From a virus, in the IMG/VR virus record IMGVR_UViG_3300042891_001180: 64,000 nt of DNA; one strand, given 5' to 3'. A model generated the notes under the pieces. That model saw nothing but the letters and a program-made list of their open reading frames with translations. It was not told the DNA's origin and made no database searches. This document shows, piece after piece, positions 8,540 through 17,930 of this stretch (position 1 is its first letter; each line of letters starts with the position of its first letter). The position numbers were made by a program, and so were the translations under genes.

Positions 8540-11064
8540 GTTAATCCACTACCTGAAATGATCCAGCTTGTTGAAGTAATCTTGATTGCAGTTGCAGAAC
8601 CATATTGTGCAAGACTTCGTGAGCCAGTGGTGCCAGCAGAAGACAAATACATGGTATCGGTAGTAATCGCTATTGTTACTACTTGACTTGTCATGTTAAT
8701 AAATGTAATTGCAGTACCAATTGGATAAGCTACAGAACTATTTGCAGGGATCGTGAATGTCCTTGCATTGGCATCACCTGATGGATGTAGTATGTGTTTT
8801 CCAGCGTCATCCAAAACTAATGTGTAAGCCGCCGATTGACTGTTTTGTGGAATGTTTAAATAACCAATATTTTTAGTTGCGTCTCCACCTGCAATCGAAG
8901 TCCATGTTGGAGCCGCCGCAGAACCGCCAGAGGTCAGCACCTGACCGCTTGTGCCGTAGTTAGCACCTGATAAGCCAAATGCACCATCTTCAGTAATACG
9001 CAGTCTTTCTGTTGAACTGGATGATGAATTGTTGGTAAATAACATCATACACCCACCACTTGATGCATTAATACCGGGTGCGGAGGCTAATGTTGCCTGT
9101 ACTTTTACTTCTGCGGCAGTGTTTTTTCCCCAAAAATCTAAAAATGTTTTTACTACTCCCTGCGAACCTGTATCGGTGTTTGCAATTACACTATGAGTTC
9201 CACCACTACCAACAACAGCAAGCTTTCCATATGACGATGGACTTGTAGTCCCAATACCTACATTACTATTAACATCCATAGTAATAATAGGACCATTAAT
9301 ACCTAACTGAAATAATGCTGATGCGGCAGAACCTGCTGTTGGTATTATGAAATCAATAAGAGCATCTGCAATTGTTCCGGCGTAATCTTCAAACTGCAAC
9401 CTAGTTGTTCTTGCAGTAGCATTTGTGCCTCTTATTCGCATGACCGCACTAGTACTTGTACCAGTGTCACCCCTTACATCTAATGGCGCATTGGGCGCAG
9501 AAGTACCAATTCCTACAAGACCTGCGCTTGAAATACGCATACGCTCTGTTTGAGCAGAATAAAAAATGATACCTTGATGACCATACGCACCAAGACCATC
9601 ATCATTCCCCGAACCAAGGTTAACAGCTTTAAACCCAATACCCCCAGCACTACTTGGGCTAATCGAGTTCCTCAAAGTAATGTAGTTATTTGTTGGGCTT
9701 GCAAATCCATCTACACATAAAGAGCCGTTAATATCTAGTTTGTGGTCAGGCGAACTTGTTCCAATACCTAAATTCCCACTTGCATCCAGAGTCATCGCCT
9801 CGGTAAAGGTGATATCGGCCCCTGCCGTTCCTGATGCGGCTGTGGAAAATTGAAAACCCCCACCTGAAGCAGATAATCGAGAAGCAAAGCCGGTTATTGC
9901 GTATGTTTGAGTATTTGAACTAACTTTTTGAACTGTATTAACGCCTAAATATGGAAATCCAGAACTTGTTGACGAAGCAAGTGCAATAGGGAAATTGCTT
10001 GCATTGAATTGGGTTTGAATACCGTTAACTGCATTGTTGCCTGTGTAGACATGAACTCTACTTTGTCCAGTTGGAGTAAGTCCTAAACCTAAATTAGTCC
10101 CGTCAAACAACAGCCCAGACCCAGTAGCCAATGCGCTTGAACTAGATGCGTACACCACACCATTGGCAGTGAATGATGTTAGGTTTGTACCGCCATTGGC
10201 AGTTGGTAAAGTTCCTGTCACTCCAGTTGTCAAAGGCAAACCAGTTGCATTAGTCAATGTTGCGCTTGTTGGTGTTCCAAGAATAGGTGTAACGAAAGTT
10301 GGGCTATTTCCAAATGATGTCAGACTTGAAGATGTGATACCTGAACCTAGAGTAGACCCACTTAGTACACTGGTACCATTTATTTTTAAAACTTTACCGG
10401 TTAATAGATTAAGATCTTCTGAAGACGTCCACGCGGTTGTAGCTGAAACCCAGTTAAATGTCTTATCTGTTGCACCTTTAAGAGTAATACCCCCATTATC
10501 TGCAGTTACATCAGATGGGGTTGCAACAGAACCTAATTCAATATTCTTATCGTCAACAGTTAAAGTCGTAGAATTTATTGTGGTGGTAGTACCATTGACT
10601 GTTAAGTCACCACTTAGAGTTATATTGGCGGCAGCAACTGTACCGGTAAAAGTCGGTGAAGCAGAAAATACTAAACTACCTGTACCAGTTTCATCACTGA
10701 TTAAGGTGGCAAGTTGAGCAGAAGTGGTAGAGGCAAATTGCGATAAAGAATTCGCTGTAGTAGCGAAACTGGTTAATTGCGCATTAGTAGCATAAGAGGC
10801 AAGCTGAGCATTAGTAGCATAGGAACTAAGCTGTGCGTTGGTGGCATAACCAGAAAGAGCGCCCCCGGTAATGTAACCTAACTGGGTAACATTAGCGTAT
10901 ACTCTTGCATTTGAAAAGTATTGATTAGAGCCCTCCGGTACCACCGAAGTATTAAGAGAGCCCCCTGCGGATAGTGCCCATGCCTCACCATTGTATGTCC
11001 AGGTCTTACCGCTGAACGTATAAGTGGTATTTGCACTCGGCGAGGAAGGAAAATTTAAAGCCAT
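8536..11064 (-). CDS. Tail fibre protein
   Basis: Gly/Ser/Thr-rich; GNLGIGTSSP and ERMRI repeats; ISDETGTG repeats. Confidence 0.8.
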   Translation of the reverse strand: MALNFPSSPSANTTYTFSGKTWTYNGEAWALSAGGSLNTSVVPEGSNQYFSNARVYANVTQLGYITGGALSGYATNAQLSSYATNAQLASYATNAQLTSFATTANSLSQFASTTSAQLATLISDETGTGSLVFSASPTFTGTVAAANITLSGDLTVNGTTTTINSTTLTVDDKNIELGSVATPSDVTADNGGITLKGATDKTFNWVSATTAWTSSEDLNLLTGKVLKINGTSVLSGSTLGSGITSSSLTSFGNSPTFVTPILGTPTSATLTNATGLPLTTGVTGTLPTANGGTNLTSFTANGVVYASSSSALATGSGLLFDGTNLGLGLTPTGQSRVHVYTGNNAVNGIQTQFNASNFPIALASSTSSGFPYLGVNTVQKVSSNTQTYAITGFASRLSASGGGFQFSTAASGTAGADITFTEAMTLDASGNLGIGTSSPDHKLDINGSLCVDGFASPTNNYITLRNSISPSSAGGIGFKAVNLGSGNDDGLGAYGHQGIIFYSAQTERMRISSAGLVGIGTSAPNAPLDVRGDTGTSTSAVMRIRGTNATARTTRLQFEDYAGTIADALIDFIIPTAGSAASALFQLGINGPIITMDVNSNVGIGTTSPSSYGKLAVVGSGGTHSVIANTDTGSQGVVKTFLDFWGKNTAAEVKVQATLASAPGINASSGGCMMLFTNNSSSSSTERLRITEDGAFGLSGANYGTSGQVLTSGGSAAAPTWTSIAGGDATKNIGYLNIPQNSQSAAYTLVLDDAGKHILHPSGDANARTFTIPANSSVAYPIGTAITFINMTSQVVTIAITTDTMYLSSAGTTGSRSLAQYGSATAIKITSTSWIISGSGLT

Positions 11065-11079
11065 ATTCTTTCAAAGAAA

Positions 11080-11110
11080 AATCAGGGAGGTTCTTACACA
11101 CTCCCTGATT
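11080..11110 (-). terminator. Terminator-like hairpin
   Basis: AATCAGGGAG-N11-CTCCCTGATT followed by TTTCTTT on the minus strand. Confidence 0.65.
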
Positions 11111-11111
11111 A

Positions 11112-11119
11112 TATTTATA
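11112..11119 (-). promoter_or_regulatory. Late promoter
   Basis: TATAAATA. Confidence 0.7.
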
Positions 11120-11124
11120 ACGTA

Positions 11125-14100
11125 TTAAGGATGTGTCTTTTTGTATGCCTCAAAGTCTGCTTTCAATTCCTTAATGGCTTCAACCAGAACACCAATCACG
11201 TTGGTATACTTAATACCCATGTAACCGTCATCATCAGTTGTTACTACTTCTGGTAAGACTTCTTTAACTTCCTGGGCAATCATACCGATTGCAGATGTAT
11301 TGCTGTCTTTCCATGTGAAGGTAACACCGCGTAGAGCATCAACAGCATCCAAAGCACCCGTAACAGTCATGATATTCTTCTTCAATCTCTTATCTGATGA
11401 AGAATTGTAATCAGTAGATGTTAACAAACCTGTAGAAGGATTAAAGAACAGCTTAGTATTAGAAATAGTTTGCGGAAGGTTACCAGATGTTGACGAGACG
11501 AAAGTTGGAAAAAAGCTTGCGTTGGTTGAGGTATCGTTAGTAATAGCAGTATTGGTAGCGTTTGTTGCCGCAGCTACCGTACCAGATACGCTTACGGTAA
11601 CGGCTCCTGTTCCTCCACTTACAGAAATATTAGTACCAGCTACCAGGCTTGTTACACCGGTATTAGTAATAGTTTGATTTGGAAAACTTCCTGATACGCT
11701 TATAGCCGTTCCTGCAACTGTGGCAGGAGAAGAAGTTCCTGTACCTCCATTAGCTACTGGTAATGTACCTGTAACGCCAGACGATAATGGTAATCCCGTT
11801 CCACTAGTCAATACAATAGCTGAAGGGGTCCCTAGTGCTGGAGTAACAAGAGTTGGGCTATTTGCAAATACCAATGCACCTGAACCAGTTTCATCTGAAA
11901 TAACTCCTGCTAATTGCGAAGATGTTGTTGCTCCAAATTGAGCTAGAGTTCCTGCAGTTGTGGCAATTCCTGTCACTGCTCCTGAACTACCGTTAACAGA
12001 GATGACCCCGGTGTTAGTAATAACAGGTGTTGAACCTTCTCCGGTAGCTGTACCTACTGTGATACCACTACCAGCAGTCATTGAGGTTACATAATCTCCT
12101 GTTGTATCTGTACCAAGACGAACAGAATTAGGTTGAATACTTGCATTAAATGTACCGCCATCGGCAGTACCAATAGTAAAGGTGTTACCTGAAGCGCTGA
12201 AAGTTGATACACCAGCAACGTTAACGTTAGCTGCGCTGGTAATTCGACCGAAGGTATCAACCGTAAATACTGGTACCTTGGCTGCACCGCCGTATGTATT
12301 AGCTGTAACACCGGATGCTCCAGCAACTGTTGTACCATTAATTTTAAATACTTTACCTGAAGCTAGATCTATGTCTTGGCTAGATGTCCAAGCATTAGAA
12401 GTACTATTATAAAGATAAGTTGCATTTGCTCCAGCAACAGCAATACCGGCGCCATTAGCGGCTGCGCTATTAGTAGAGCCGCTGGCAACTGTAATAATCT
12501 TATCGGCGGTGGACAGTGTAGCAGAGGATACAGTTGTTGTGGTACCTGTAACTTGCAAGTTACCAGTTATTATCATGTCATGATTGACCGTGGTAGAACC
12601 GGTGGCTGCTCCCACTGACAATGTAGTAGCTGCTTTTGCAAAGTTAACCGTTGTTGCAGTTGTATTAATTAGATCAAATGATGCACTCGGGGTAGTAAGT
12701 GATGTTGTAATTGCTGGGCTTGTACCAAATACTAATACACCGGTACCGGTCTCATCGGTAATTAATGTACGTAAATTAGCACTTGTAGGTTCTTGACCTA
12801 AGAATGTAGCAACTCCAGTACCAAAACCAGTAATATCTGTATCAAGACGAACAGAATTAGGTTGGATACTAGCATTAAATGTACCGCCATCTGCTGTACC
12901 AATTGTAAACGTGTTACCAGAGGCTGCAAATGTAGAAACACCGGCTACATTAACGTTAGCTGCGCTAGTAATTCTACCAAAGGTATCAACTGTAAATACC
13001 GGTACCTTGGCTGCACCGCCGTATGTATTAGCTGTAACACCGGATATTGCTAAAGATATGGTAGGTGTAGCATCTTCAGTACCAAAATTCGTACCCGTTA
13101 GACCTGTTCCAGGTACAACATTAGAAAGATAATTACCAGTAGTATCTCTACCTAGAACAACTGAGTCTGGTTGAATACTTGCAGAGAATGTACCACCATC
13201 GGCAGTACCAATTGTAAACGTGTTACCAGAGGCTGCAAATGTAGAAACACCGGCTACGTTAACGTTAGCTGCGCTGGTAATTCGACCGAAGGTATCAACT
13301 GTAAATACTGGCACCTTGGCTGCTCCACCGTAAGTATTAGCAGTAACTCCAGAGGCTCCAACAGCTGTTGTACCATTAATCTTCAGCACTTTACCAGAAG
13401 CAAGATTAATATCTTGGCTAGAAGTCCATGCAGTAGTTGCATGTACGTAGTTAAATGTAGCACTTGCACCATCAACGGTAATACCAGCTCCATCAGCAGC
13501 AGTACTGTTGGCAGCACCCTTGGCAATAGTAATGTTCTTATCAGCAACCTCAAGGGTTGTAGAAGAAACTGTAGTTGTCGAGCCAAGGACGATTAAGTTC
13601 CCATTAACAGTAACATTACCAGCTGTTAGATCACCAGCTCCGGATCCGCTTGGCGTTACCACCGACAAGCCCCCGGCATTGTTGGTAAGTTGCAAACCAC
13701 CCAGGTGAATAGTATTACCAGCTAGATAAAGATCTTTAAACTGATTAGTTGGGCTACCCAGGCTTTGAATTAAATTACCTGAAGGAATTAAATTACCAAC
13801 CGTAATATTCTGTCCAGTTAATGCAGTTGCAAGCATTACATTAGAGATTGCACCGGTTGAACCTCCAACCGATTCTACCAATGCGCTAACAATTATACCA
13901 GTTGCCTGTTCAACCCACTGTGAACTTGTACCATCGTCAAAGTATAAGTACGTAGTTCCGTCATCTTCATCAATCCATTGATCACCAATGTTCGGTGAAC
14001 CAGGAGCATTTGCAGATACGGTAACATTTGCAATATTGGTAAAGTTAAATACACCAGTACTGTTATTATATTGACCTTTAGTACCTGTTATAGATAAGGC

Positions 14101-17100
14101 AGCTCTTGCATTAGCATCGGTATATGTACCAGATGCAGATATGATACCGTTTGCAGTATCATATGTAATACCAGTACCGGCTGTTATAGATTGTCTGGAT
14201 CTAGCATTTGTAAAATACAGATTTGTTAATTCGGCAACATCAGCTGTAGTAATTGTACTTACAGGTTTCTGTATAACAATATTACCAACCATTCCTGCGT
14301 GAACGGAGCATTGATAGACATATGTACTGCCGTTTAATGAATATGGTACTTTCCAAAATAATTTACCAGTAACCTTGCCTTGAGCAGAAGAACCGGTTGT
14401 TACAGTTCCATCAGTTGCTACATGTGTTAAACCTGTATCGTAATTTGATCCTCCAGATGATACTCTGATCATGAAAGGGTGACCGGTAACATTTAAATCA
14501 AATGATATAGTTTCCCCGGCAGTTACATAAATTGTAGGATTATTGCCAGAATATGAATCTAACAAAAAGTTCATTCCACTATTAGTAACCGCTAGTTGTG
14601 TTACTGCTGGTATTTCTGCAAGTATAGCTCTTGAATTAGAAAAATATAGATTAGTTAATTCAGCTACGTTTGCAGTCGTTAATACACCAGAAGATGTAAC
14701 GGCAGAAGCAAGTTGTGCATTAGATACAGCACCGGTTGCTCCACCAACAGAAGAAACGCCTGATACAAGGGCTACGTTGGCAGCAGATGTAATTCTACCG
14801 AATTCATCAACGTTAATAACAGGAATATTCAACGCACTACCATATGTAGTAGCAATAACACCTGTCTTAGCTTCACCGCTCAACAACGTTGCAACGTTAC
14901 CGCCCAGACCAGATACCCCGGTACTGATTGGCAACCCTGTTGCATTGGTAAGAGTAGCTGAAGAAGGCGTTCCAAGTGCTGGAGTTACCAACGTCGGGCT
15001 GTTACTAAACACTACATTACCAGAACCTGTTTCATCGGTAATAGCAAATGCAAGCTTAGCACTTGTTGGATCTGCCAAGAACGTTGCAACGTTAGCACCA
15101 AGACCGCTGACTCCAGAACTAATTGGCAATCCAGTTGCATTAGTCAATACCGCTGTTGAAGGAGTACCGAGGTTAGGTGTTGTAAGTACTGGGCTTGTTG
15201 AGAATACAACGTTACCGGTACCTGTCTCATCAGAGATTAAAGTAGCAAGTTCAGCAGATGTGGTTGAAGCAAATTGTGAAAGACCGTTAGCAGTGCTTGC
15301 AATACCGGTAACAGCACCAACTTGTCCATTAACAGATGTAACTTTAGCAGCTGTGTACGTGGTGCTGATTTCAGAACCATTCCACACACCAGTAGTAATA
15401 GTACCAACTGATGTTAAGTTAGATGCAACAACGTTAGGACCAAGGCCAGTTGCACTCAATACCTGGTTATTGTTTACTTTGTAAACCTTACCAGTAGCAA
15501 GATCAACATCTTGGCTAGAAGTAAATGCTGTAGTGGCGTGCACGTAGTTTAACGTTGCATTAGCACCATCGATTGTGATACCTGCACCATCGGCGGTTGC
15601 GCTATCAGCAGCGCCTTTGGCTAAAGTAATATTTTTATCTGCAACATTTAATGTTGTGGATGATACAGTTGTTGTAGTACCTTGAACAACCAAGTTACCA
15701 GCAATAACCATATTATTTAATATGTTAGTATTACCAGTAGCAGCACCAATGTTAACTGTAGTACCTGCTCCAGCAAAATTAACTGTAGTCGCACCTGTAT
15801 TAACTAAGTCAAAAGATCCACTAGGTGTAGTTAATGATGTAGTGATTGCTGGACTCGTACCAAATACCAATGCACCGGTACCGGTCTCATCAGTAATATA
15901 AGCTGCTAAGTTAGCGCTTGTAGGTTCTTGACCTAAAAATGTAGCTGTACCAGTACCTAAACCACTGACACCAGTACTGATTGGCAGACCAGTCGCGTTT
16001 GTTAGAGTAGCAGCAGATGGTGTTCCTAAGTTAGGAGTAACCATGACTGGTGAGTTAGAGAACAGAATATTACCTGTTCCTGTTTCATCGGTGACTGCAG
16101 CTGCAAGATTAGCAGAAGAAGGCGTTGCTAAGAAAGTTGCTACACCAGTACCGAGTCCGCTGATACCTGTTGCGACTGGCAAACCTGTTGCGTTAGTCAA
16201 TACTGCGTAAGAAGCTGTACCAATGTTAGGAGTAATTAAAACTGGGCTATCAGAGAATACCAAGGAACCAGAACCGGTTTCATCTGAAACAAGAGTTCTA
16301 ACTTCTGCGGAAGTAGTAGAGGCAAATTGTGCTAGTGAGTTAGCTGTGGTTGCAAAACCAGTAGCATTACCTGTCTGACCGTTAACAGACAAAACACCAG
16401 AGTTATTAATAGTAGGTGTTGTACCTTCGTTACCGAGACCGGAAATTGTAATACCGGTACCAGCAACCAAGTTACTAACATACGCACCAGTAGTATCACG
16501 ACCTAAAGTAACAGAATCTGGCTGAATAGAGGCAGAGAATGAACCGCCATCGGCAGTACCAATTGTAAAAGTATTACCAGAAGCGGTAAATGTTGAAACA
16601 CCTGCAACACTGACGTTAGCGGCAGAAGTAATTCTACCGAATGTATCAACTGTAATAACTGGGACTTGAGAAGCACCACCGTAGGTGTTGGCAGTGACAC
16701 CAGATGTATTTAAAGAGACATTACCTGTTGTAGCATTGTATGCAATTGGACCACCAGCAGCTGCATCAATTGAATTGCGTGCTCTTGATGTGGTGAAATA
16801 CAGATTACCACCTTCGGCAACATTAGATGTATTCAATACACCTGATGCGGTAATACCAGCTGCCAATTGAGCATTTGATATAGCACCAGTAGCACCACCA
16901 ACCGAAGTAACACCGCCGGTAATTGTAATTACACCAGTAGTATTATCATAGGAACCAGCGCCAGCAACTGAAATTGCAGCTCTTGCTCGCGCATTTGTAA
17001 AGTACTGATTAGTACCTTCAGTTACTGTGGTTGTGGTAAGAGCGGTGGAATTTAATTTCCATGCTGAACCATTGTATGTCCAAGTCTTACCACCAAATGC

Positions 17101-17154
17101 ATATGTATCATTGGTATTTGGACTTGATGGAAAATTAAGTGTTGCACCTGACAT
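11125..17154 (-). CDS. Long repeat-built tail fibre with internal cupredoxin-like domain and C-terminal intramolecular chaperone (peptidase S74)
   Basis: 2009 aa; SSDKRLKKNI...GMIAQEV...LVEAIKEL; GHPF...YQCSVHAGMVG; several internal repeat families. Confidence 0.85.
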   Translation of the reverse strand: MSGATLNFPSSPNTNDTYAFGGKTWTYNGSAWKLNSTALTTTTVTEGTNQYFTNARARAAISVAGAGSYDNTTGVITITGGVTSVGGATGAISNAQLAAGITASGVLNTSNVAEGGNLYFTTSRARNSIDAAAGGPIAYNATTGNVSLNTSGVTANTYGGASQVPVITVDTFGRITSAANVSVAGVSTFTASGNTFTIGTADGGSFSASIQPDSVTLGRDTTGAYVSNLVAGTGITISGLGNEGTTPTINNSGVLSVNGQTGNATGFATTANSLAQFASTTSAEVRTLVSDETGSGSLVFSDSPVLITPNIGTASYAVLTNATGLPVATGISGLGTGVATFLATPSSANLAAAVTDETGTGNILFSNSPVMVTPNLGTPSAATLTNATGLPISTGVSGLGTGTATFLGQEPTSANLAAYITDETGTGALVFGTSPAITTSLTTPSGSFDLVNTGATTVNFAGAGTTVNIGAATGNTNILNNMVIAGNLVVQGTTTTVSSTTLNVADKNITLAKGAADSATADGAGITIDGANATLNYVHATTAFTSSQDVDLATGKVYKVNNNQVLSATGLGPNVVASNLTSVGTITTGVWNGSEISTTYTAAKVTSVNGQVGAVTGIASTANGLSQFASTTSAELATLISDETGTGNVVFSTSPVLTTPNLGTPSTAVLTNATGLPISSGVSGLGANVATFLADPTSAKLAFAITDETGSGNVVFSNSPTLVTPALGTPSSATLTNATGLPISTGVSGLGGNVATLLSGEAKTGVIATTYGSALNIPVINVDEFGRITSAANVALVSGVSSVGGATGAVSNAQLASAVTSSGVLTTANVAELTNLYFSNSRAILAEIPAVTQLAVTNSGMNFLLDSYSGNNPTIYVTAGETISFDLNVTGHPFMIRVSSGGSNYDTGLTHVATDGTVTTGSSAQGKVTGKLFWKVPYSLNGSTYVYQCSVHAGMVGNIVIQKPVSTITTADVAELTNLYFTNARSRQSITAGTGITYDTANGIISASGTYTDANARAALSITGTKGQYNNSTGVFNFTNIANVTVSANAPGSPNIGDQWIDEDDGTTYLYFDDGTSSQWVEQATGIIVSALVESVGGSTGAISNVMLATALTGQNITVGNLIPSGNLIQSLGSPTNQFKDLYLAGNTIHLGGLQLTNNAGGLSVVTPSGSGAGDLTAGNVTVNGNLIVLGSTTTVSSTTLEVADKNITIAKGAANSTAADGAGITVDGASATFNYVHATTAWTSSQDINLASGKVLKINGTTAVGASGVTANTYGGAAKVPVFTVDTFGRITSAANVNVAGVSTFAASGNTFTIGTADGGTFSASIQPDSVVLGRDTTGNYLSNVVPGTGLTGTNFGTEDATPTISLAISGVTANTYGGAAKVPVFTVDTFGRITSAANVNVAGVSTFAASGNTFTIGTADGGTFNASIQPNSVRLDTDITGFGTGVATFLGQEPTSANLRTLITDETGTGVLVFGTSPAITTSLTTPSASFDLINTTATTVNFAKAATTLSVGAATGSTTVNHDMIITGNLQVTGTTTTVSSATLSTADKIITVASGSTNSAAANGAGIAVAGANATYLYNSTSNAWTSSQDIDLASGKVFKINGTTVAGASGVTANTYGGAAKVPVFTVDTFGRITSAANVNVAGVSTFSASGNTFTIGTADGGTFNASIQPNSVRLGTDTTGDYVTSMTAGSGITVGTATGEGSTPVITNTGVISVNGSSGAVTGIATTAGTLAQFGATTSSQLAGVISDETGSGALVFANSPTLVTPALGTPSAIVLTSGTGLPLSSGVTGTLPVANGGTGTSSPATVAGTAISVSGSFPNQTITNTGVTSLVAGTNISVSGGTGAVTVSVSGTVAAATNATNTAITNDTSTNASFFPTFVSSTSGNLPQTISNTKLFFNPSTGLLTSTDYNSSSDKRLKKNIMTVTGALDAVDALRGVTFTWKDSNTSAIGMIAQEVKEVLPEVVTTDDDGYMGIKYTNVIGVLVEAIKELKADFEAYKKTHP
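12114..13350 (-). repeat. Three near-identical ~200-bp intragenic repeats (~12114-12315, ~12844-13044, ~13150-13350); fourth diverged copy ~16500-16705
   Basis: Encode GVTANTYGGAAKVPVFTVDTFGRITSAANVNVAGVSTF.ASGNTFTIGTADGGTF.ASIQP.SV. Confidence 0.85.
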
Positions 17155-17191
17155 TTTATTCCTTATTGATTGGAAATTATCGTTATTCGTT

Positions 17192-17199
17192 TATTTATA
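17192..17199 (-). promoter_or_regulatory. Late promoter
   Basis: TATAAATA upstream of the 2009-aa fibre gene. Confidence 0.75.
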
Positions 17200-17228
17200 C
17201 TATTCAGACTGTCAAAAAATTAATTATG

Positions 17229-17930
17229 TTATATTCCAAATCTTGCTCTGTCTGCTTGAAAATTCTGTGAAATTTGTTCTGCTGATAAAGCTATGTTATA
17301 AAGTTGAGCTATTGCTATGTTGCCATTAAAATATCTACCGCCAAGATCATCTTGACCAATTTTTATATCATCCAGGGTAGCGCTAGTATGAGATACTGTA
17401 TTAGTGGCTGAAGTAATTCCTCCAGATTGACACAAATATGCCTTTGCTGTTGTGCTGGTAACAGAAACTGCAACCATACACCATGTTAAATCTGGAATTA
17501 GTAGTCCACTATCCCATGTATACGTATTAACAGCATCGCTCCATGTATATGAAATTTTATTAGTGGTACCAAAAAACGATATTCCTGTAGCAGTTGCGCT
17601 TCTAGAATACATGATACCATCAAAATCATCCTGGGGTCCGTTTCGTCTTATCCAGATTACAAATGTAGCTGCTGTAGCTGTAAGTGAACCTGAACATTGA
17701 ACAAAATCATTTGAACCATCAAAAACAATAGACCCACCATTTGTAGCACTATAAGCTGGCCCGTTAGTTAGTGTGCCATTTCTACCATTGCCACTTAAAT
17801 CAGTCCAAGCTGTTCCTGAACCTGGATAACTTGAAGCCTTACCTGCATCTAAGTATAATTGTAATCCTGAAGATACAATAGGTAGATCAACCACCGTTAC
17901 CCCATTAAGAGAAACACCTTGTATGATCAT
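17229..17930 (-). CDS. LamG/concanavalin-A-like domain protein
   Basis: GLQLYLDAG..SYPGSGTAWTDLSGNG, FDGSNDFV, FNGNIA...LYN.ALS; ATG 17930 overlaps the upstream stop. Confidence 0.85.
   Translation of the reverse strand: MIIQGVSLNGVTVVDLPIVSSGLQLYLDAGKASSYPGSGTAWTDLSGNGRNGTLTNGPAYSATNGGSIVFDGSNDFVQCSGSLTATAATFVIWIRRNGPQDDFDGIMYSRSATATGISFFGTTNKISYTWSDAVNTYTWDSGLLIPDLTWCMVAVSVTSTTAKAYLCQSGGITSATNTVSHTSATLDDIKIGQDDLGGRYFNGNIAIAQLYNIALSAEQISQNFQADRARFGI

Noticed and set aside
12114-16705. Repeats as a CRISPR array or mobile element
   Set aside because: They are long, in-frame protein-coding repeats with no spacer structure or transposase
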